Source: Candidatus Bathyarchaeota archaeon (GTDB lineage: Archaea > Thermoproteota > Bathyarchaeia > Bathyarchaeales > Bathyarchaeaceae). From it: a stretch of DNA of 64,000 nucleotides. The notes beneath the pieces were generated by a model. That model was given only the letters and a program-made list of their open reading frames with translations. It was not told the DNA's origin and ran no database searches. The stretch is from NCBI GenBank assembly GCA_963697165.1, contig CAVOMX010000011.1, forward strand, positions 32,001 to 96,000, in the 5' to 3' direction. Both the position numbers and the translations under genes were made by a program. Shown in pieces: positions 50,985 to 58,822 of this stretch (its first letter is position 1; each line of letters starts with the position of its first letter).

Positions 50985-52067
50985 TTACCTTTCACGTAGA
51001 CTTTTTGGAATATACGCGCATGAAGGATCAGACTCGAAGATATCACCAGTGTACATTTCTGCTCTGGTTCGGCATCCACCGCAAACGTCATTGTATTCGC
51101 ATACGCCACATTTGCCCTTCAAGTTTTTACGGTCTCTAAGCTGTATTGCAAGCTCTGATTTTTGCAGTTCGCCCCAGGTTTGCTTCAACGATTTATTCTG
51201 GATGTTTCCCAGTCGGATACGGTCATTGAAGCTGCATGGAATAATGTCTCCGTTTTCGATTACGCTCATGTATTTGCCTGCGATTGCGCATTTGCCAAGG
51301 AAGAAGTTCTTGAACCAATCATCAAAGTTTGGGATTCCCCGCTGTTTAGCAACCCGCGCATAGAATGGACAATAAACGTTGACTTCAGGTTTCCCTTTAT
51401 ACTTCATGCTCAAATCGTAGACGTCGTTCCAGATTCTTTCGTACTGCTGTGGCGAGGGGTTCTTGGCGAGGTGCTCTTTTGTGTTGTTGAATGGAACGAA
51501 TCCGTGAATCACAACCCACCGTGCGCCATTTGCTTCAGCCAATTTGATGATGTGCTCCATATCTTCGGCGTTGACGTTATTACGGTCTTGGTCGACGTTA
51601 GCAAGGGTTGCAACAAGACAGTCCAGCAGTCCCGCTTTGGAGCTCTTCTCTATTGCCGAAACGGCTTTTTCGTATGCACCTTTTCCGCGTATGGCATCGT
51701 TGATTTCTTCGGCTCCATCAATACTTACTGAGATTCTAACCCCATTTCGGACTAGGACGTCGAAGATTTTGTCGTCAAGAAAATAGCCACTGGTTATTAG
51801 GCTCACATTCAAGCCTACTTTTTTGGCGTACTCAATTATTTCGGGGAGATCCTTTCGTTGAAGAGGTTCTCCGCCGCTTATTCCAAGAAAGGTTGCCCCA
51901 AAATCATAGATTTCATCTATTATATGCTTGGTTTCTTTGGTTCCAAGCGCGTCAGAGGCTACGGGAGTTGATGCAAAACCGCAGTGCAAACAGTTGCTGG
52001 TGCAGGCTTGTGTACATCTCCAAGGCAAAATAAACAGGGGTCCAGTTTGTCTCACAATACTCACCAT
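50985..52067 (-). CDS. Radical SAM/SPASM protein (AhbD/NirJ-like)
   Basis: GPLFILPWRCTQACTSNCLHC, SGGEPL, VSIDG; GKC..NGDIIPC..KGKCGVCEYNDVCGGCRTRA..DPSC. Confidence 0.9.
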   Translation of the reverse strand: MVSIVRQTGPLFILPWRCTQACTSNCLHCGFASTPVASDALGTKETKHIIDEIYDFGATFLGISGGEPLQRKDLPEIIEYAKKVGLNVSLITSGYFLDDKIFDVLVRNGVRISVSIDGAEEINDAIRGKGAYEKAVSAIEKSSKAGLLDCLVATLANVDQDRNNVNAEDMEHIIKLAEANGARWVVIHGFVPFNNTKEHLAKNPSPQQYERIWNDVYDLSMKYKGKPEVNVYCPFYARVAKQRGIPNFDDWFKNFFLGKCAIAGKYMSVIENGDIIPCSFNDRIRLGNIQNKSLKQTWGELQKSELAIQLRDRKNLKGKCGVCEYNDVCGGCRTRAEMYTGDIFESDPSCAYIPKSLRER

Positions 52068-52358
52068 ACGCAGACGTTAAGAGTTTAATGATGAAATAAA
52101 AACGTATTTCCTAAAAATAACTTTGCTCAATTTTGGGAAAGACAACTAAATCAACGGCATCTGGGTTTTCCAAGAAAATCATCTAAAAAGCAAACAATCC
52201 AGATTGAACAGTTCGGGTTAAATTTTAGGCCCCAAACCCAAACATTTACGTTTACTTTTACATTCTCTCTTACTCTTACTCACTCACATAGAAAACACGC
52301 TACACGCACGGACATGCGCTTACGTGTGTATGCATTACTGACAGGTCATGTGTTCCTT

Positions 52359-53144
52359 CTACAACCATCCTAATTTGTTCGCATCAACATCAAAATTACA
52401 GGCTTGCAGTTCCTTAATTAGCTCAAAATACCACCCATTTTTATATTCAATCCAAAGAACTCCGTTGTAATCGTTTGGAATTTCGAAATCTTTCTTTTTT
52501 CTATAAATTGCAATCACGTTTTGTCTTCCAAGTCTTCCTAAAAAATAACCTAATTCAAAAATGACGTTTTGTCTTGCTCTATATTTTGCTTCATCTGAAG
52601 TTTTTTCTTCTGGGTAAGCTAGATCATCGGGGGATAAAAGCACTACCGCAAATGAAACGTGCGCATAATCAGTAATTTTCTCGATTATAGTTCGTCCTCT
52701 ATTTGGTTGTTCATGTAAAAGGATGGGATCAAGATCTAACTTTTGCAGTGTTTGAGCCACATCTAATTTCATTTCGTTGTCATGGCCATGAACTACAAAA
52801 ATCTTGTTTGATCTAACCTGATTGTTCACTTTATTATCTGAAGCAGGTGGAGATAACAAAAGCTTTACTTTTTGTAACAAACTATTGGATGCATTGGTAA
52901 TTTCTCTTAATTTTGCTTGTTCATGTTTAGTAAATCCAGTGGTAAATGATTGGTCACTAAATGGAACGTGTTCAATAAACTTCAATTCTTTAAAAAAGCC
53001 TAGAACTTGTAAATCTTTCAACAACAAATTAAATTTATCTACGTACGTTTCGTAACTATTCCAAAATTCGTTAGAAAAATCTTCCTTTGAACTAGAAGCA
53101 AGTGTTTCTAAATCTACTATTAAAGAACCAAAATCTATCCCCAT
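52359..53144 (-). CDS. CAP12/Pycsar-type TIR-like nucleotide-binding domain protein
   Basis: KIFVVHGHD, LHEQPNRGRTIIEK, FAVVLLSPDD, RARQNVIFELGYFLG.LGR, EIPND..G; visibly more AT-rich than flanking genes. Confidence 0.87.
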   Translation of the reverse strand: MGIDFGSLIVDLETLASSSKEDFSNEFWNSYETYVDKFNLLLKDLQVLGFFKELKFIEHVPFSDQSFTTGFTKHEQAKLREITNASNSLLQKVKLLLSPPASDNKVNNQVRSNKIFVVHGHDNEMKLDVAQTLQKLDLDPILLHEQPNRGRTIIEKITDYAHVSFAVVLLSPDDLAYPEEKTSDEAKYRARQNVIFELGYFLGRLGRQNVIAIYRKKKDFEIPNDYNGVLWIEYKNGWYFELIKELQACNFDVDANKLGWL

Positions 53145-53504
53145 TTACCCAACCACTTTTAAAAACTAATTCCTTTACCCCCTATATTACATATTCTTTG
53201 AATAAATTGACATTAACCTTTTCAATAACACAATTCTTGGATTCCACGTATTTCTTTCAAGGTATAGATATTCTCGTTTTTTAGCTTCTTTCTAGTGCCG
53301 TTCTCGGTTTTGATTATTAAATCGTTATGGTTAAAGTTTTGACAGTACTCGATTAGAAAATCATCTATTAAATAACGATAGAGTTCCATGAAGAAACAAA
53401 CAAGATTAGGTTTTCCATACTGTACCGAATGGAGGAAACGAGATGTGATGCTAGTTTTGCTTTGACTAATGCCCTGTGAGTTTTCGATGATGGTATTTCG
53501 TAGG

Positions 53505-54797
53505 CTAGGTTGAAGATGTTGTTTGTTTTTCTTTGTTGTTCTTTGTTTCTAAGTTGTTGATGAAATTTACTAGTTCGCGATTGCTCTTCACGGTTATGGC
53601 GCCTTTGTTTTTGAGTTTCTTTAGGTATTCTGTGGCTTTGCCGTTCGTGAAGTCTCTCTCTTCGATGAACCCCTCTTCAAGCAGGATGGTTGGTATTCCT
53701 TTCTCCAAAGCTGTTTCTGCAGCGTCGAGGTTACGAAGGTTTCCTTCACCAAACTGGGTCGGCGTTACCACAAGAACATCGACTTTACTTATCATCTGCA
53801 GGTTTGCCTTGTGTGCTTCGTCTGTTATCGGAGAAAATGGAGCCTCGTTTGTTGTTGGAACAGACAGCAACTGGGCAGTCTCGTGGTCTGTATCTAACAG
53901 GTTGAGGACTCCAGCAGTTACACGGTAACCCTCATCCACCAGAGTCTTCATCACGGGGCTACCAGTTCCGCCTCCACAAATCAAGTGAACAATAATGTTC
54001 TTCGGTATCAGAATTATGGGTCTTGAGATGGGAATCACATGAAGAGAACCCGTAACAGGATGCTTCTTAACGATAGTGTCAACACCAAAAACTTTTTTGA
54101 CGTTTTCGCTTGTAAGAGTCTCATCCGATTTGCCAACAGCAACAATCTTACCGTCCTTTAAAAGAATAATAGAATCACAGTAGCGGGCAGCCAAGTTAAA
54201 ATCATGAAAAACTGCGACAATCAACAACTTCCGTGTTTCGCACAGATGTTTGATCAGGTCCATTATTTCCAGTTGGTTGCCGATGTCCAAGTGGGTTGTT
54301 GGCTCGTCTAACAAAAGAATGTTGGGTTCCTGAGCTAGGGCACGAGCAATTATCACCCGCTGTATTTCTCCACCGCTGAGTTCGGTTACAGGTCGGTCAG
54401 CAAACTTCCAAGTGCGGGTTATCTCCATGGAATGCTTTGCAATCTCTAGGTCCTTTTTGCTTTCCATCTTGAACCGTGGCATGTGAGGATTTCGACCCAT
54501 AAGAACAACTTCAAGAGCAGTGAAATCGAAAGTTACCGGCGTAGACTGCGGAACCACCGCCAACTGTTTTGCAACATCCACAGTTTTCATGTCGTAAATG
54601 TTCTTTTCGTCTATCAGAATTGTTCCTTTCTTTGGCTTTAGAACTCTGCTTATGCTTTTTAGTAGCGTAGTTTTTCCTGAGCCGTTGGGACCAAGAATGC
54701 CTAAAAACTGTCCGCTTTCAACAGCAAAACCAATATCCTTCAGGACATCAACGGAACCATAAGAACAGTTAACACCATCAATTGTTAATGTCACCAT
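53505..54797 (-). CDS. btuD: Cobalamin/Fe-siderophore ABC transporter ATPase with C-terminal extension
   Basis: GPNGSGKTT, LSGGE, LLLDEPT, HD.NLAARY; extra domain VHLICGGGTG..GVLN..DTD. Confidence 0.85.
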   Translation of the reverse strand: MVTLTIDGVNCSYGSVDVLKDIGFAVESGQFLGILGPNGSGKTTLLKSISRVLKPKKGTILIDEKNIYDMKTVDVAKQLAVVPQSTPVTFDFTALEVVLMGRNPHMPRFKMESKKDLEIAKHSMEITRTWKFADRPVTELSGGEIQRVIIARALAQEPNILLLDEPTTHLDIGNQLEIMDLIKHLCETRKLLIVAVFHDFNLAARYCDSIILLKDGKIVAVGKSDETLTSENVKKVFGVDTIVKKHPVTGSLHVIPISRPIILIPKNIIVHLICGGGTGSPVMKTLVDEGYRVTAGVLNLLDTDHETAQLLSVPTTNEAPFSPITDEAHKANLQMISKVDVLVVTPTQFGEGNLRNLDAAETALEKGIPTILLEEGFIEERDFTNGKATEYLKKLKNKGAITVKSNRELVNFINNLETKNNKEKQTTSST

Positions 54798-54811
54798 CTC
54801 TTTTAGTCACC

Positions 54812-55891
54812 TTATACTGAGTATCCTCTCTTTCGTCTGCGAAGTAGATATATGAAAAACGGACCTCCTGAAAGTGCTGTGATAACTCCAACAGGTGCTT
54901 CGCCAGAACCCATTGCTATTCGTGCTATTGCGTCACAGAACATTAGAAAAGAAGCACCAACAACAGCGGAAGTGGGTAGGAGAATTCGATGGTCAGGACC
55001 TACTATAACTCGTGTCAAGTGTGGAATTATCAAACCAACGAAACCAATTAACCCACTAATAGAAACAGCGGCTGCGGTCAGGAGAGCCCCACAGATAAGC
55101 AATATCCTTTTCACTTTTTCTATTTCAACACCTAAATGCTGTGCTTGATCTTCTCCTAAAGCAAGAATATTCAAGTCGCGTGAATAAAGATAAGAAATGA
55201 CAATGCCAATAATTATGAGCGGCAAAATGGACCAAACTTTAGTCCAGTTTTCAGTAGATGATAGGCTTCCAATAAGCCAGAAAGTTAGTCCATGAAGAAC
55301 ACTTTCGCTGGCGATTACTTGCAGAAAAGTGACTATGGCACTTTGGAAGTAAGTTACCGCGATACCTGTTAAAAGCAACATTGTAACTGGAACTCTGGAA
55401 CCGTATTTAGATATGCTGTAAACAATAAGCACAGTAGTTAAAGAACCAACAAAAGCAAAGACTTGAACAGTGTTTACGCCAAAAAGGGATATTCCTATTC
55501 CAAGAACTAAGACAAGCGCTGAACCTAATGACGCACCCGACATAGCTCCAATGACGTAAGGGTCAGCCATTGGATTTCTGAATATTCCTTGATATATTAC
55601 GCCTGCAGTCGCCAAGGCTGCACCAACCAGAGCACCACAGATAACTCGCGGGAGTCTGATTTGCATAATTATTACTTCAGCAGTTTGAGTGATATCTGAA
55701 GGCGCCACCAAATCTCCTAAGAAAGGAACGTTTTTGATCAGTATATTCAAAATGTCGCTAAAAGAAATAGGGGCGTAACCAAGGTTGAGTGATAAAATAA
55801 AAATAATTCCAAACGCAACTATAAGTATGACCAGATATAGCTTCCAGTGAGAAACGTGTCTTAAATGAGATGTTTTAGTGTCTGTTTTCAT
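54812..55891 (-). CDS. btuC: FecCD/BtuC-family ABC permease
   Basis: RLPR, Q.IFRNPMADPY..G, W.IGSL, LGE..A..LG, G.IGFVGLIIPH, PVG.ITA..GGPFF. Confidence 0.88.
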   Translation of the reverse strand: MKTDTKTSHLRHVSHWKLYLVILIVAFGIIFILSLNLGYAPISFSDILNILIKNVPFLGDLVAPSDITQTAEVIIMQIRLPRVICGALVGAALATAGVIYQGIFRNPMADPYVIGAMSGASLGSALVLVLGIGISLFGVNTVQVFAFVGSLTTVLIVYSISKYGSRVPVTMLLLTGIAVTYFQSAIVTFLQVIASESVLHGLTFWLIGSLSSTENWTKVWSILPLIIIGIVISYLYSRDLNILALGEDQAQHLGVEIEKVKRILLICGALLTAAAVSISGLIGFVGLIIPHLTRVIVGPDHRILLPTSAVVGASFLMFCDAIARIAMGSGEAPVGVITALSGGPFFIYLLRRRKRGYSV

Positions 55892-55937
55892 TTATGTTTC
55901 ACAAGTTATTTTAGGGTATAAAAAAGAGAGAGATATT

Positions 55938-57024
55938 TTAGGGTTGTCCAAAGATTTCTGGATGAACCATCTTTGCAATAGCTTCTAGCGCGTCAACGAG
56001 TCTTGGACCTGTCCTAGAGATTATGTCTGCATTGATTTCGTAGAGTGCATCGTTCTGAACTGCACTTATTGAGTTCCATCCAGGACGGTCTCCCACAGCC
56101 TCTATGGTGTCATAGAAGTTATCTCGCCCCATGTACATGTCTGGGAAAAACATCACGTCAGGATTCTTTTCGATAACTGCCTCAGAACTAATTTGTGGCC
56201 AACTTGTGGTTGCATCGTTGAAGATGTTTTCTCCACCTGCCAAAGTTATCAGTTCGTCAATGAATGTGTTTGGGCCTACGCTCATGAGGGGTTCGTTCCA
56301 AACTTCATGGTATACTGTTGGAGTAGTAGTTGCACCCATTACTTGATTTGCTACGGCATCTATTCTTGCTCTCATGTCTGTAACGACGGCGCTAGCTTCA
56401 GCGTCTTTGTAAGTTGCTCGTCCCACCAAAAGGATATCCTGAAGAATAGCGTCAAGGGTTCTGGCCTTCTATTACTAAGACATTATATCCTAGGTCATTT
56501 AGAGTCGCAGCAGCGTCTAGGCTTCCAGTGCTTGCAAGAACTAGGTCAGGCTCTAATGCCACTATTGGTTCCACTGATGGTCCGTAATAATTTCCGATGC
56601 TGCTCATGTTGCCTGCTTCGACCCATGCTGTGAAATTGTAAGGATAGTCACAGTAGTCCGTAACACCCACAACCATGTCGCCTGCTCCAATAAGAAACAG
56701 TGTTTCAGTGTTGCTTGGTGCTAACGACACTATTCGTTCTGGAGCCGAAGTCAAGGTTACTACGTTACCCATAGCATCAACTAGCGTGACTTGCTGGTAT
56801 TCGGTGATTTGTTCTTGCTGTTCAGCAATAGTTTCTTGGTAGTCGGTGATCTGTCCTTGTATTGTAGTTAGTGTTCCTTGGATGTCACCTAGTGAGTTTT
56901 CTAATGAACTGTTGGAATCTGTCAAGTCATTGATTTGTCCTTGAAAAGTGACGAGTCCATAAGTTGCAACAACTAAGGAAACAACCGCTAAAATCGCTAT
57001 GATATATGTGATAGTTTTGTCCAT
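55938..57024 (-). CDS. btuF: Cobalamin-binding protein BtuF with N-terminal TM and coiled-coil stalk; one extra base near 56463
   Basis: PERIVSLAPSNTE.LF..GAG..VVGVT.YCDYP; repaired EGRTLDAILQDILLVG; TFI.ELI..AGG.NIF, RPGW..I.AV, R.GPRLV. Confidence 0.85.
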
Positions 57025-57039
57025 TGATTTCTACATCCA

Positions 57040-57062
57040 TTAGGATGGATAATCCATCCTAA
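57040..57062. promoter_or_regulatory. Perfect 23-bp palindrome (candidate operator) between the TATA box and the btuF start
   Basis: TTAGGATGGAT-A-ATCCATCCTAA; minus-strand TTTTATATA at 57076-57068; btuF ATG at 57024. Confidence 0.7.
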
Positions 57063-57139
57063 CAGCATATATAAAACTTGCGACAAAACCAGACAAAAAA
57101 GGCTACAAACATACAATAAACACGGAAGTCACACAAAAT

Positions 57140-57784
57140 TTACACAATCGACACGTTAAGATAAGCCATATCCTTCCCAACCTTCCTCTTCACAGACGCT
57201 ACCTTGAACGATTTCGAGTATAACGGACACTCAAGAACTAGTGTATGAAATTCGCCGTTTTCACCCAAAGGATCAACTTTTCCAATCTTTGACAGAAACT
57301 CGGCACCCGTCTCTTCACTGATAACGAAACCCAGCCACTCTTCCCCTAAGTCTTTCAAGTTCACACCAGTAATCAATGCCTTGAATCCTGAACCGAAGAT
57401 TTCATCGAAAAGCTCGGATGTGTCTCTCCCGTATATTGGCTCAAGCAGCTCCAAACCAATCTTCTTACAGACAGCTTCAAAAGCCGTCACATGCGCCTCA
57501 ACATCAATATCCCCAGCCACCAAAGCGTCAACATTAAGGCTTTTTAGCGCCTCAACCAAAGCTTCCTCTTTATGACAATCAACAATTGTCAGATGTTTAC
57601 CCATGGATTTTGCTAATATCTTCAGAGATTCCAAGTTCTCCGCATGAGGAGAAGGCCAAGGAAGAGTTGGAAGTAAAGTTATAAGATGATCAACATTGAC
57701 GCCTTGTTTTTCGACAAGTTGCACGGCATATAGTGAATCTTTACCACCAGAAAATAGAGCAGCAGCCTTCATGGAAACAAGCAT
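57140..57784 (-). CDS. DUF71/Dph6-like PP-loop ATP pyrophosphatase (second copy)
   Basis: ALFSGGKDS, LVAGDI, EPIYG, WLG, DPLGENGEFHTLVLECPLY; probable ATG 57772. Confidence 0.85.
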   Translation of the reverse strand: MLVSMKAAALFSGGKDSLYAVQLVEKQGVNVDHLITLLPTLPWPSPHAENLESLKILAKSMGKHLTIVDCHKEEALVEALKSLNVDALVAGDIDVEAHVTAFEAVCKKIGLELLEPIYGRDTSELFDEIFGSGFKALITGVNLKDLGEEWLGFVISEETGAEFLSKIGKVDPLGENGEFHTLVLECPLYSKSFKVASVKRKVGKDMAYLNVSIV

Positions 57785-57822
57785 CCTCTACAAACTCTTC
57801 AAACAAACATTTGAGGAAATAT

Positions 57823-58716
57823 TTAAGAAATTGGGTTAATCATTTTTTCCAGTAGTTCTAAGGCTTCAACGAGTCTAGGTCCGGGTCTGGAAATAAAGTC
57901 TCGTGGAACCTCATAGAGTCTGCCGTCTCTAACAGCAGTTATGTTCTCCCAGCCCAGCCGTTTCTTGACAGCCTCGAAGCTTCCCCAAAATCTGGGAACA
58001 CCTGGAATAACTGGAAACACGATGATGTCAGGGTTCCGCTTTATGATGTCTTCTGGTTGGATTACTGGCCACTCTGAAACTGCGTCTTCAAAAATGTTTG
58101 TTCCGCCAGCCAAGTTGATTAGGTTACCAATCCATGTTTTTGAATTCACGCTGATGTAAGGTCTGTTCCAGACCTCAAAATATACGGTTGGCTTATGAGG
58201 CAATGTCTTCGAGTTTGCTATTACAGCGTTTATCTTATGTTTCAGGGTTTCCACAAGGTCGCTGGCTTGGGCACTGTTTCCAGTTACATTTCCCACCAGC
58301 AGGAGGTCGTCGAGAACATTATCCATACTGTGCGGAGATAAGGTCAAAACGTTTAATCCTAAACTTTTGAGTCTGTTGGCGACTTTTGTTGTCAGTTCAC
58401 ATCTGCGGCTGCAGTTCGTCTTGCAATTGTTTGTCTTCACTGTACACTGGGCTGTGGAAACCAGAATTAGGTCAGGCTTCAAGTCCACAATAGCCTCAAC
58501 TGACGGGTTCCAGTAACCTCCAACCCGCGCTATTTCGTCTGTTTCAATCTTTGCCTCTAGTTCAGCGGGATAGTTGCAGTGGTCTGTTACTCCAACAACT
58601 TTGTCGCCAGCACCAACAGCAAACAGCATCTCCGTGTTGCTGGGAGAAAGAGACACTATCCTTTCTGGATGAACCGTTAGATCCGTCACATAACTATAAT
58701 CATCTGCCATCTGCAA
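57823..58716 (-). CDS. BtuF-like cobalamin-binding protein without signal/TM segment, with Cys4 insertion
   Basis: PERIVSLSPSNTEMLFAVGAG..VVGVT..CNYP, AGG.NIF, RPGPRLV; insert CTVKTNNCKTNCSRRC; in-frame TAG about 11 codons upstream of the start. Confidence 0.82.
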   Translation of the reverse strand: MQMADDYSYVTDLTVHPERIVSLSPSNTEMLFAVGAGDKVVGVTDHCNYPAELEAKIETDEIARVGGYWNPSVEAIVDLKPDLILVSTAQCTVKTNNCKTNCSRRCELTTKVANRLKSLGLNVLTLSPHSMDNVLDDLLLVGNVTGNSAQASDLVETLKHKINAVIANSKTLPHKPTVYFEVWNRPYISVNSKTWIGNLINLAGGTNIFEDAVSEWPVIQPEDIIKRNPDIIVFPVIPGVPRFWGSFEAVKKRLGWENITAVRDGRLYEVPRDFISRPGPRLVEALELLEKMINPIS

Positions 58717-58822
58717 TGTCGCTCCCGAGTCCTGAGTTCCTAGAATCTAGAATCAGCCGGTGACTTTAGAACCTTTTTCTTAAACCAACACAGAAACATG
58801 TTTGCTCTTCTGAACTGCAGGT

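Noticed and set aside
38393..51786. Long antisense ORFs (e.g. 38393-38908, 51162-51731) and similar shadow ORFs throughout the track
   Set aside because: They overlap well-supported genes on the opposite strand and show no recognisable motifs
52215..52350. Tiny Cys-containing minus-strand ORFs (MHTHVSACPCV, MSVRVACFLCE, MSKSKRECKSKRKCLGLGPKI) as SPASM precursors
   Set aside because: They arise from low-complexity sequence, with no SD or leader features and no paralogous copy near the other SPASM genes
57025..57139. Cobalamin riboswitch upstream of btuF (also checked before cbiZ, cbiB, cobS)
   Set aside because: Leaders are short and AT-rich and lack B12-box-like conserved elements
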